DNA of 64,000 nucleotides. Origin: Trichoplax sp. H2 (lineage: Eukaryota). The translations under genes and the position numbers were made by a program. The notes below the pieces were generated by a model. The model was not told the DNA's origin. It did no database searches and saw only the letters and a program-made list of their open reading frames with translations. The DNA lies in the NCBI GenBank assembly GCA_003344405.1, contig NOWV01000002.1, positions 124,001-188,000 on the forward strand, read 5' to 3'. Below, piece by piece: positions 35,301-47,860 of the stretch (position 1 is its first letter; the number at the start of each line of letters is the position of its first letter).

Positions 35301-38300
35301 AGAAGGGATTAAGGGCCAGTTGGGTTGATTCGTAAATTAATTAATTTTCACCTATTCTACTTTAATAATTTTGATATTATAGTGTCTATTTACTTATGAT
35401 GATAAGAATCTTTTATTAATTATTTATACTATCTTTAGTAACCTGAAATTTAATGTTTATTTCCTATGTTGAATCAGTGCCCTCAATGTAGATGTGCGCG
35501 GCTAGTACCAATAGTAGTAAATAGTCATTAAAATTACAATGCGCGGTGATGATGAACAGTCAAATTCATTACAATCTTGCCGATATCTAGTAACCGCTAA
35601 CATGAAAGGAATCTCGTATTGTACCTTCGTTTTAAAAATGGCGATAGGAACATGATGACATTGCAGCAGTGTTCATGAACTTGATGTATCCATTTGTTGT
35701 ACTACGAGTATAAAGAAGTAGCGCACCTATTTAATGCTTTTTATCTCTACGTTTCGCCTACTCTACGCGTATATTAGAAACTCAATGCGACAGTGGCACA
35801 GCTGCCATAACAAGGTATTGATTGATTGGTAGAACTATCTCTAGTTATATTCTTTCTCGGTTTTACTCTACAGTACAGTACTACTATTTGGCATTTAGCC
35901 AGAGATAAATTACCTTATAGTTGTAGCTAATAAGCATGCATCTCCCTATTGATGAACATAGTGTGGCGTAGTACCTTTATGCGTACAGTTGTAAAACTGT
36001 AAAATTCCTCTTGAATGAAATTTCTTACTGAATAGATGCTCTGCAATTTTTCCTCTCTTGACCACCGTTGTTGTTCCTTTGATCCGTAGTTTCTTATACC
36101 GTACTACAGCGATTTCACTACCTCATCCTTACCTACTTGCCGGATTACTGTCATAGCTTTCGATTTTTTTATAAAGGAATGTAGTCAATTGACTCGTAAA
36201 AAAATTTAATTTACTGATTAATTCAATTAATCCGTTCATAATTACATATCTTCCAAGTTGTAGAAAGTCAGCGTAGCATTCGTATTTCGAAACTGAAACG
36301 AATACAGTCATAGCAACATGGAGCCTTTTATTTCATACGGTTAATACTGTAGACACAACAGATTGATCATACTGTCCAGGCAGTAATCCTACCACTCTTT
36401 GTACAACATTTTGCTGTGCAGTATTCATTAATTATTGACCGCAATCAAAGATTTAAGAATTCCAGTGCATCAACAATAACGGTAATCAATACTATACTAC
36501 TACTAATAATACTGTACGGCTGTGGAGCTTGGGTAAAGTAGTTTGCAATATTGTTTCATGATTTGATGAAATTAAAAAAAAATACGAGTAAAAAGGCTCC
36601 ACTCGTTGATCTAATTAAAAACTGAAAGAATGCAATATCTCGGATATTTTAACAACAAACTGACAGGAAATGAACACGTGGATATAAAGTTTGACTAATA
36701 GGAAAAAATTTGTTTTACAAATTGAGGTTACAAATTCTTTCCTGATGGAAATATTTCGGATATTCCTGACTGATTGAATTGATTGATTCATGAATTAATA
36801 GCGAATACTAGTTGTATCGTTGAATTGGGCTAAATTACTAGCGTATGCATCACTCTTGTACTGTACACTAGAAATAACTCCACTTTGGTGTGTCTCCTAG
36901 CTTATCGGAGATGGCGACACTGGCAGACTTTGCATAAAAGCCAATTGTGTTCATGTTCCAGATAAGTCACTAATCTTCATTAACCGTTACATTGCTGTTC
37001 TATTTGCAGGCATACGTACTGTACTTTCTTATTGCTGATGGAATGGAATGTCTTGGTTCGCGCCAGTATTTTATCGTTGGATAAAAGAATGCAATAATCT
37101 CTTGGAAAATTGATATTTTTATACGCCCTTTTATTGTCTTTCAACTACCTACTGTATGTCCAGTTAATCTATCTAAATCTGGTATAGAGTACAAATTGAA
37201 TCTTGCCTGCATTAAAAGCAAGTTACTACTAATCTTTATCCGTTATCTATCGTCTGGGATACAACATTTTGACGCCCCTAATCATCGACTACAGTTTTTG
37301 CACAGTACCTCATTGGAATTATATTGGATTGTCCAACAATAGCCACTACACTACAGTATCTGGAAAGATCTTGCTATATAATCTGTGCAATCGTTACAAC
37401 ACCAATAATCCAGAATTCAAAAGATCGCGACAAGTCGAAAGATTTTCATAATAAATTTTATCCAACAAATCGAAGGGATAATTACCATTGTTTATCGACG
37501 TTGTCCACTTTTCCAGCTGCTTAACGAATAAACTAAGCCAAGACAGTTGAAGCTTCTGCAATAATCATCGATTGTAAGGTACGAGCTAGAAGGTAAAGGA
37601 ATATAGGCTGTCAAAATGATGCAATGATATTACTCGTATACTTTCCATTGTTGAATCATTTCGGTGCTAGTTGTAATGACCATTTACAATAGTGCTTATT
37701 TATTTACAACAACTGAACTGACGATTTACAGTATTTCACTCCAAATTGCATGCTATATTGGCTGTATAATTTTAAATTTGAATCGATATTTTAAAGTTAC
37801 CCCTGTTTCACATTGTAAATGGAATTTTTTGTACCGACGATATGGTCAAGAGAGCTTATTCGAGTTTTTAGTGATGTAATACTCAGAATTGAAAATGGTA
37901 AGATCAATCGGAGATCAATATGAAGTGCAGCAAGATGATGAAAATTTGAAAACAATTTTTTGGATCATCTTTTATAGCGATTGCTGGAAACAAATTGTTA
38001 TCGCTACAAGACCTCTATTTGAAGGTCCGACCTATACCAAGAATTCAGTTTGCAAATAGATCGCGACTACATTAGCACCAAATTTCTCTACTGTTTTCAA
38101 TCATGATTGATTCTTGTTTACACTAAATAATTTCTACTTCTCCTTTGCATGCTATGACCATTCGACTTTGAAATATTTCACATCATGTCATCATATATTA
38201 CAGTACAGTATTGAGGCACTACTTGGTCTACTCTCAGAACCGTAAATGGACGATGAAAGTCCTATAAAGCAGAAGGAAACGGCCATTTTTAAACTAGCGT

Positions 38301-38917
38301 AATTCGAAATTCGTTAGTACGCAAAACATGGATGCTCTCTATGAGATTGTGATTGTATAAGCTAGATTAGTTTATTACAGTACTCTTATTTCTTGCAAGT
38401 ACAATAAATAATATAATTAATCAACGATACTGAAAGTCTGAAACTATTTTCATCACTTTACATCATTGTAACTACGTTGGTGACAAAGTACGGAAGAGGC
38501 CAAGGTGGTTATTTAGTGACTTGCACCTAAATGACATACGATTCCTATGCAATAACCGTTGAATAGCGAATCATTATAATTGGAGTTGAATACAGTAATA
38601 TTCATGAAAATTTCACGAGACAATCACCTGCTTCACCTAGTAAACGGAGAAAAGTCAACAATGTTGTCTTTCCAGCCACGTAACACTGTCGTTTATTGTT
38701 TTATCATACGATCTCTGCCCCTTCTATATGACGATGAAACCTTTCACGGTAGTACCCCCTTGCATCACTAAGATTATGGACTCGTCTCCTCGCTCTCCCC
38801 ATGATGCAATCTAAACACACATTCGGTATTACTATCTGGTTCTATCAACAGGTTCGTTACGGCCATTCGTTGAGTCGCATAGACTATCAACTCTGACTAC
38901 TGCAACCTCTTCAGTTT

Positions 38918-39350
38918 CATTTTTCCTACTGTAGTCATTTTACGACAGTGAAGAAATCCAATAATGATCATAGCAGTATGTTACTTGGTACTGTATATAT
39001 CTGTCAACAAGTTGGTCGTAGCCGCATGGACATGATCAAGTCTGACTCGTATACAATCTGTTGCAACATATCGATTTTTCACTTTTTCTCACTGTAGTCA
39101 TTTTACGGCAGTGAAGAAATGCAATCGTGATTACTGGTTATATTTGCCAACAAGTCGGTTGCAGCCGTACGTTTACTCATTTTTCCCACTGTAGTCGTTT
39201 CACGGCAATGAATAAATCCAGCAATCATAATAATAATAATAATTACTGATTTGCTGTCTAGTGTTCTGCTGTCGACATGTCTGTCTAGCCGTGTACCCCT
39301 ATCCATTTTCGCTTTTCCCAGTCTAGTCGTTTTACAACAGTGAAGAAAAT
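38918..39350. repeat. Four degenerate copies of a ~40 bp self-complementary motif with irregular spacing
   Basis: ttttcctactgtagtcattttacgacagtgaagaaat (~38921), tttttctcactgtagtcattttacggcagtgaagaaat (~39083), ttttcccactgtagtcgtttcacggcaatgaataaat (~39181), ttttcccagtctagtcgttttacaacagtgaagaaaat (~39313). Confidence 0.85.
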
Positions 39351-40306
39351 GAAAAATAGATCAAGGGTAGTGCAGTGAATACGGAATCAGGTTAGCGGAA
39401 GAACTTGACTTTCGGCAGTTTTTAAATCAAGTTTCTTGTAATAAGAATGAGCTCTAGCCGTAGACACTAGCCAATTCCTGGTTCTATCTATCAATCGCCA
39501 TCAAAATGATAACTTTTTTTTTTTTTTTTTTTCTTGGAATGTTCTGTGAAAGCATGACGTAACCGCTAGTCTGCACCGTATTGTACAGTATGTACTGTAG
39601 ACCTGGTATTAATCCAGTGCAGCCGCAGTCTTACTTACAGTACATTGTACTGTAAGCACTGGGCTACTGTACTGCAGGTAGAAATTGTTTACCCATTCTG
39701 ATTCATGCTTGCCATTGTCTTTCCCATTGTTCATCGTTGCGCATTTGAAATCAATCGACAATTCTTATTGACGGTATACCGGCGTTAATTTGTTCAATTA
39801 TTACTTGCACGATCGGTAGTCTTATTTGGATTAATTTTACAAGCCTGATCCAAGCTATTTTTCATTCTGCATGTCAGTATGGATGTTGTAGGAAAAGTGT
39901 AAAAGTAGTATTTGAAATTTTTGGGGGCTAGGTTTTACTGAAATCGCGTCATTTTTGGTGTCCTTAAAAAGCTGGAAAGTTGTTGGCAAGAGGTCAGTAA
40001 TAATGGAGTACTAGAAATGATCGGATGGATAATCATCATAGTAACCGAATCGAAATGGCAAGCTGATCACCCTTTTACAACCCTTTCCCAACTGATCGAT
40101 ATGCCATATATGCATTGTGCTTTCCCTAGTGATTTGTAGTGTGTACTTGCAGTACCTATTCCTGTACCTATTCCTCCGGCATGCATATCATGTTATCAAA
40201 GATGTGTCTCGCTATAAATAGACTTGGAGTGTGCTTCTATGTTCAATATGCGGTAGTAGTACTAAAGTCGGATAGCAAGCTAGATCGTGATCCGGTAGAT
40301 GGGGGG

Positions 40307-40313
40307 TATAAAA
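40307..40313 (+). promoter_or_regulatory. Candidate TATA box about 2 kb upstream of the FoxQ1 CDS
   Basis: GGGGGGTATAAAATAG followed by a relatively GC-richer stretch. Motif match only, in AT-rich DNA. Confidence 0.2.
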
Positions 40314-42299
40314 TAGAAATGAAGAAGCAAGATACAATCGCTAGAGTACAAGAGTATCAGGAGTAAAAACGACAATCACCACCTTGAAGAAAAATACAGC
40401 CGAGGACTCTCGAGATCATCACGTGAATAGACTTCGAAGGCGCTGTAAATCACTACCAGGCATAGTAACAGACAGAGTGATCGATTCCATTCTGCATTAG
40501 ACTATATAGCTTATTACGACAGCGACAGTATTGATGATGGGACGACTACGATATCAATTTGCAAACATGTCGCAGTAAAGGCATACTGTATGCCTGTGGA
40601 TGTGTGAAGTAAATGCCTTGAAATCGGAACATAGCGACTAGAATAAAACCAGTAGATTGGCTCAAGCAATGTAGTCGTGTACGGCAAAATGGTACTGTAC
40701 AAGTGGCGCTTAGATTGTTTAGAACAGTGTTCAATTTCTACCTAGTGCAAAGCTTTCCTACGATAGAAAGACTACTGTATTGCAAGACAATCTCCACTCA
40801 TCTGTTACGTCATGCTAGTACCCAATGGATGACAGACAATCAAGATGTTTTTCCTCTTTTACTAGCCCTAATATAGTCTCCTCCATTCATGCAAGCAGTA
40901 TGTTTTGTGAGGAATAGTGCAATATTTTTCGTGTGATCATTTATTACGTAGCTACAGTAGGCATTTGGGTGTGTAGTACCATTGGCCGGTATGCATGTTC
41001 TTCACACTTTCAGTAGTTGTCTAATGATTAGTTACTACAATTATTCCAAAGTGTGAAAGAAACTTGGATGGCCTGGCTTAATATAATTGGTTGCTACTAC
41101 CCAAACTATTCTTCCAATTTCTTATATATACTTGTTCTGTAACACCTTGTGCGTTAGTCATAGCTCTCAATCGTACAGTACACGTACTTAGGCAGGCCTT
41201 GTTCAACTATTTCTCCTTATTCATTTCACGCTGAAACGTTGAAACTTGAATTGAAAAATTATTGCATTTATTTGAGCATAGTGGTACAATTTATTATTTA
41301 ATGTCCTAAATGGCTTTAAATTTGTCCAAATTTAAGAATTTAAAAATTTTCAATTTGAATCATGTCGTGTTTGTACTATATTTTTAGATTTGCCGATTCA
41401 TTTATAACTTCAGCTGATTCAGAAAAGACAAAGATTCGCTTCTGAGGTAAGGATCAAGAATACAGTACTGATTTCAAATTTTATAGTTATTTTTTAAAAT
41501 TTGCAAATTTAGTGTATTCCATACTTGCTTTTACCATGATGATCGTGTCTTCCTCTTGGATTGAACTCCATTGATTATGTAGTTAAATTAATTTCCAATT
41601 CATTCGCAATTGCAAGTTACATTAACATAAGGAGAAAATGATTGATAGCGTGGTGCTCATATTGAATATGAGAAGCTTTTCAATTATAAAAAGTAGAGTA
41701 TGACTAATGACAATATGAAAGCACGGTAGCATTAGTCGCATTTTTTGAATTTAAAAGTGTTTCCATATTACAACCAACATAGTTGAACAAGATATATGGC
41801 ATGCCGTATTAATGTGTGATATAAAAGGAATTTTTGTATTATTCCATTTCCAACGTATATCATTGTATGCGTTCTCGACGACTACTGTACTGGATGGACT
41901 AAGGAGAAAATTGTCGTTGATGTTGTATTGTCAGCCCTCGACAGTCTGCGAGTAGTCATACTATGCTACACGTATATACTATATGCTAGTTTTTTTTAAC
42001 ACAAGTATGCGATATTCATTCGATCAGTTTTAGTGTTACTACAAATAAAACTGTCTATTTGTGCAGTATTTGCATAAGAGAAATGAATACGTGTAGTTAC
42101 TCTATTGAGATATGCACAGTATTTATGCATTGCTTAATTAATCTCAATAGGCAATTTAAAAAAATGCTATTTTTTCTATACAGTTTAACTTGACGTAGTG
42201 ATGATAATACAATTATTTTTTTGGATGATTGCTTTTCATAATTAAGATTTATACTTTTGTAAATAAAATTAGATTTAACAATACTGTGCTCCGTGTCTA

Positions 42300-43809
42300 A
42301 TGCTAATAGCGAAAATGCCGTCGATAAAAAAACAGAAGAAAAAGAAGCCATCCCCATCCAAACGACCCAGCTATCAACGCTATGCCAAACCTCCGTTATC
42401 CTACATCGCCTTGATTTCTATGGCCATAGATGCCTCACCAGACAAGCGTTGTACGCTCAACGATATCAATAAATACTTGGTTGATAACTTTGACTTTTTC
42501 CGTGGCAACTACACCGGCTGGAAAAATTCGGTTAGTTTGAACATGCATTGATTTGTTACAGTCTATTATTATATGCGGAAATAGAACTAGACGCATATGA
42601 TCATTATAATTGATCAATGCACCGTAACTATCTTAATATGGTGTTATATCTTGCATGCTATCGAGTTAATAACTAGTGGTGTACGTCTTTCATTTGAAAA
42701 ATTATTATTCGAATAAAGCTATGTCCATGTTGGGAACCTACAGTATTGAATGATGCTTTTTTTCAATATCTTGCCACGCATAATAATGTGTGTATATTTA
42801 AAATGGTAATAAAACTTACTTTAAACTACTTCTGTATAATCTGTAGAATTGTGAAAAATTCAATATCGCAGTTTATTTACTTTGTCCCAATCGACCATCA
42901 TGCTCGATTGGATTAATCATAGAATGCCTTGTATTGTCCTATTTTTCATCTATTTACTTCAATGGCCGTATATTCATAAAATTGCTATTGATATGATAGG
43001 TGCGACATAATTTATCGCTAAATGACTGCTTTATTAAAGTCCTCAAAGATCCCAATCGACCGTGGGGTAAAGATAATTACTGGACAATTAATGAACAGAG
43101 TGGATTTACCAGCGCAGCTGTAGAGAGTTACAAGAGAAGAAGAAAGAGACTTCGAGCAGATAATGATGCATCGTCTGTTACTACCGATGATAATGTTTCC
43201 ATTATAAGGAGCCGTACCAACAGTTCTTCCGATGTGACGGAATCCAGTTATGATCATGCTACTGTCAATTCGACGAGTATTCATCATGAAATCGCCCCAA
43301 GTTGTAGTTCTCGAGGTTCAACGAGTGGAACAACGACACCTAATGCTACGCATTTTGCAAAAGCAGATGAAAGTGCTGTTACCAACTACGACGAACTGAT
43401 CGATGAAAATAAAAATCGTATTAGCAATGTGGCTGTCAAGCCTAATGGTGATCAATGCTTTATGTCAGCGGCAGAGAAATTCTTAGAAGCAGCGTATATT
43501 AAGCAACAAATTCAAGCTACGAATTGTATGCCTGTTGCAGGCATGACTGCATCCGTGTCCAATGTACCTTGTGTTAATATACCTTTTAATAATAGCCATG
43601 TAACACCGATGAACAGTCTGGCTCAAGTGGCACGGTCGCCGGCTTTTGGATCTCAATTTAATAATGCTACATTAATTTATCCTTACCATAACTTTTTATA
43701 TAGATCTTTATATCCTCCTACTCAACCTGTTGAATCTTACCCTTATCCTAGATTTCATTATTGCTACGCAAATCACGTTAGTGCTACCAATGCTGCTTGT
43801 AGCAAGTAA
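42300..43809 (+). CDS. FoxQ1: Forkhead box transcription factor, FoxQ1 class; exons 42300-42530 and 43000-43809 (346 aa if the first ATG is used)
   Basis: Spliced domain [79 protein letters not shown]...[16 protein letters not shown] and RPWGKDNYW are characteristic of FoxQ1. Intron 42531-42999 is GTTAGT...GATAG, phase 0. The start is uncertain (ATG at 42300 or 42315, or an upstream exon). Confidence 0.88.
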
Positions 43810-45740
43810 GGAATGAAGAAGAAAAAATGTAGTTTAAGGAGGAATCGAGTGATTCCCAATCAAGGCTGGCTGCAACAGCCATCGATGACGGCAGTCGATA
43901 GCGTAGCAATTTTTTCAGTATGGAATAATCGAACTTCGAAAATTCAGGTTTTTTTTTTTTCCCCCTCCATGCCGGCATATGAAGGCCAAGCAATCCATCT
44001 ATTTAGCAGCAAGCCTTTAATAGTGAACGAAGAGTTAGTACTGTAAAACAGTTTGGATCCGTACGTACATTGGCACTATAATGTACGATAGATTAAATTA
44101 TTGGTATCATTCTAAGCCTACATGTAGTTTTTAATTTGTTGTATTAGCATTGGTTACAGAGACAACTTAGATAACTTGATAAAGTTATTAAGATGTCCAA
44201 TTTTCATGTCACTAGAACTTGTACTCTTGATAGTCTGCTCAAATGGATAGCGTTCTAGACGACTTATGACAGCTTATCAAATAACAAGAGGTAGCTTAAC
44301 GAATATAATGATAACGTTTGACATACCTCTTCTTGCCAGGTATGGGGTTGAAGGCTAACATTTTTTTTTGTGTTCTATTACATTTTACTAATTGTGATGG
44401 AAAGCTAAGAATAATTGATATAACGTAACATAGTAAAATAAATAGAATCAGTCGCCAGATTCAATGGTATCTTCCATGGATACTCAATATCGTTTTGCTC
44501 TCTAATACTGTATAACATTTTGTATAATACAGCTAATTGCAATATTGTCCTAATTTATCATGCATATATCTCCAATTGAAATAAATTTTATGTGATTGGA
44601 AAGGATGAGGTTATCACGTGTAGATTTATTCAATGATTGATTCCAATTTCTCTGGATTTTACCATGCTAAGTGGAAGCGGGCATTTTTTACCAATGCAAG
44701 TTTGAAGAATCTGGAGACAATTTTTGTTACAGTATTGCACATAGTAGTGAAATGGCGTTGTAGGTGTATTTTAGAGTATTGAAATAACGAGCACCGAAGC
44801 CTCTCGACGCGGAGTATATTCTATATGCATGATGATCCTTGTATTTTGTTGAGTAAATTAACAAACGGGTTGTAGGAATGATTCGATTGCAAATGGCACC
44901 ACTACGCTCATCCGTTCGTAGATTTAGTTTTGAGGCATGATGAGAAAACTTGCTCATTGCTATTTTCTCAAAGCCCAACGGTATTTGCGTCTAGCCTGCT
45001 GGGTCGATTGCTTATTGTAGATTTGAACTAGCACAGCGATTGGAAAAGTTCAGTACAATTATTTATTAATAATGCAGCAATCTATCCACATGCATTGAAT
45101 CTAGAAGTAACTACAGTAATTCATGTTAATACTAAGTACTGCGATCAGCTTGATAAAGTCCCAATAGCAAATGGGTGTTGAGAAAGTATTTTAAGAGGGT
45201 AGCGAAAACTTACTCGATCGCAGTGAATAGATACGTAACTGCGTTGTACTTTCCAATTTGCCATGATGGCGGCGGCGTTGATGTCCTTAAGCACGGAAGT
45301 TTTTTCTTTGGCCTCGATGTCCTTGACAGTAATAAGGCTACTGAGTGAAAAACAAGCGAAAAATAGCGCATGGTTCTACATAGTAAAGGGAGTAATGGAC
45401 GCTAGAAACACTTTTATGCACAATCCTTGCTCAGGCAGTAGCTTACTTTGAGCGTAACTAGACTGTAAAATTATATTTCTTCTTTCATACTACAAGGATT
45501 ACTTTTTGATAGCCTCTAGCTGAATCTATAAGTTGGATCATCAGCTATGATCTGCAATGGCAGTTATGGATTACTCCATACCGGATTGGGTGGCCCACAG
45601 CTATACAGCATCGTTTGGCAAAGCCGTACATGGTTTAGTTTTGTCCTAGATGTACCGAAAAATCTCAAGATGAGCGTACTCGATTTGAATTTTTTTACTG
45701 TACGTTACTGCAGGACCACGAATGAAAAATGGCTTTACTC

Positions 45741-46460
45741 CATTAGACTGACTAGGCAAGCGAAAAATTGGGGCAAGAAATCAAGATGAATGCCGTACTC
45801 GCCCAGAAGCTGAAGTATGGTATAATAAATTCATTTTACACTGTATTTTTCTGGACTTTTTATTACGGCATCGTTCAGGTTTTCTGCAACCCGAAACACA
45901 GTACACCAAATTTTCAAAATGTCCGGAAATGCAAATTGTCAACCCTGGTGTGGAATTCAGTACAGAATACGGATATGCAAATGAAGGAGAACTTTGCAAA
46001 TCTTCACCAACTCATGCTCTACCGTGCATTATACTAGCTAGGCAAGCGAAAAAAAATGGGAGGCAACAAGTGAAGATGCATTCCTTGTTGGATCAGGAGC
46101 TTAAGCGTAGTTCAGTGAATTGCCTTTTTTCCTGTCCTGGACATTTTCTTACAGCACTGTGTAGCAAATTGAAAAATGTCCAGAAATGCAAATTGTCTAC
46201 CAACATATGCAAATGAAGTAAAGACCTTGACCAATTTTTTAGGGCCTAACATGCTCTAATGCATTAAACTGACTAGCCAAGTGACAAAAAATTGGAGACA
46301 AGAAATGAAGATGAATGCCTTGCTCGATCAGTAGCTCGAACGTAGTTCAGTGAATTCCATTTTTACTGTCGTGGACATTTTTAGTTACAGCACAGTCAAG
46401 TAAATTGAAAAATGTCCACAAATGGAAATGAATGATCTACCCTTATGCGGAATCCAGTAC
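45741..46460. repeat. Three diverged tandem copies of a ~235-286 bp unit, each with an internal inverted repeat
   Basis: Units start cattagactgactaggcaagcg (45741), cattatactagctaggcaagcg (46027) and cattaaactgactagccaagtg (46262). Shared blocks include aagatg.at.cc and aaaatgtcc; cgtagttcagtgaatt is in copies 2-3 and atatgcaaatgaag in copies 1-2. Confidence 0.9.
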
Positions 46461-47464
46461 ATACTGTATTTCAATGAAGTCCAGTATAGTAGAAAGCTGT
46501 ATAAAATTTTATTTTGGGGAGTTTCTACTAGTAAGGACTAAAATCGATCGATCGTTTTCTTTCTTTTTCAAGTACAGCATGAGATAGAAGGTAGACATTT
46601 TTAGCATTTTTCCAGTCTCTCCTACAGGCTAGCACTGTAAAATGTGTTGTCTTTTTCCTTCTTTTTCAAGTAGTCGCTTGGTCTTGATCATCTCGAACTT
46701 AGTTTACCCTTCTTTAAAGTGGATAGTACAGTAGTGTAGTTCGCTATGTCGGAAATACCCTTGTCTTTTTCACTGCTTATGGACTGGCATAGGCGGCCAT
46801 TTATTGCCTTATAAAGCTTTCTCTTGAAGCCTTTTTAATGGCAATCCATGCTGATGATGGTGGACAAGGTGTTAATTGGCGGCATTGATGAGTATGGGTG
46901 TTATTTCAGAAGCCTTTAGTGGAGTCCAACTGACTAAATCAAGTGGGCAAAATGACTTTGTACACTTCCGCAAAACGCGTCCTGTGGAGTCCTCCATCTC
47001 CTGACGAATCCACGGGTATTCTATTACTACTCTTTGATTGGGCTGCAGCGACCATTACGTCGTATACAGGTGTTGAATTTGGTAGTAAAACTCGGATGCA
47101 AATGCATCGGAAAGCCTACATCCAATCCTGTAGTATAATAAGCCAATCGGAAGAGCAACCACATTACTTGGCACATAGAAGCAATTTAACCTGGGGAATA
47201 CCCACAACGGTAAATAGACATTTCTCATTCTCAATAGGATTAATTTTTATTATTATGAATGATGTACAAATGATCGGTTGGTATGATGACTACAAGGTAA
47301 ATCAATGATGAACGCATTTCATGTCTGCTTGAAAATTTTCAACTCATGATTGCCAATCTTGTCGTTGATGGATAACTCTATTGGATAGCTACGATCCATC
47401 TTTCGCTTATGCTATGGCAGGTATTGCCAATTGGGTGATCATTTTGTTACATTTCATCCAGTAT

Positions 47465-47860
47465 TTTGCCTAATTTTGACCCAATTGAGAGTGAGCGCAA
47501 AGCCAAATGGCTTAGTGGGAAGATACTCCATTTTCAATCTACGGTAGCATTTTTCCATTCATGCCGTTATAGGCAGGTATCGCCAATATTGCAATCGTTG
47601 TGTTGCGTTTCGTTAAGGTTTTTTGCCAATTTCGACTTAGCTGAAAGTCGGCTAAAGCCAAGTGGGTTAGTTAGTAGACGATACTCTCCATTCTTGAGTA
47701 CAGTAATCGCTTTTCTATTTTCTATCGATGGTACAATCTTCGACTCATGCCGTTGCAGGTAGGTGTTGTCGAGCATTCCCTTTTATTTCATCGAGGGTTT
47801 TTGCCAATTTATACCAAATTGAAAGTAAAGCAAAGCCAAGCGAGTTTGAGTTAGTAGACG
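47465..47860. repeat. About 2.3 diverged tandem copies of a ~157-178 bp unit
   Basis: tttgcc..attt...aaagccaa blocks start at 47465, 47622 and 47800. tcatgccgtt..agg.aggt occurs twice and gttagtagacg occurs twice. Confidence 0.85.

Noticed and set aside
38918..39350. CRISPR array interpretation of the spaced hairpin repeats
   Set aside because: Eukaryotic context, degenerate repeats, irregular and partly homologous spacers, and no cas genes.
21704..39692. TGTTTAC forkhead sites (21704, 29553, 29702, 38115, 39686) as evidence of autoregulation
   Set aside because: A handful of such 7-mers in 31 kb of AT-rich DNA is about what chance predicts.
13614..40734. Short 60-92 aa ORFs in the intergenic interval
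   Set aside because: They have the Ile/Leu/Phe/Tyr-rich composition of random AT-rich DNA, no recognisable domains and no consistent splice chain.
11243..42299. A hidden FoxL1 gene or forkhead pseudogene in the desert
   Set aside because: No [16 protein letters not shown] or similar fragment was seen in the ORF track or by eye. A heavily spliced or decayed copy cannot be excluded without TBLASTN.
42300..43809. FoxH1 or FoxQ2 assignment for the middle Fox gene
   Set aside because: [13 protein letters not shown] and SLNDCF match FoxQ1. FoxH has WKDSIRHNLSSN and KGNFW, which are absent.
46943..47776. ORFs of 121, 98 and 69 aa between FoxQ1 and FoxF as standalone genes
   Set aside because: No recognisable homology, two have non-ATG starts, and two overlap a tandem repeat.
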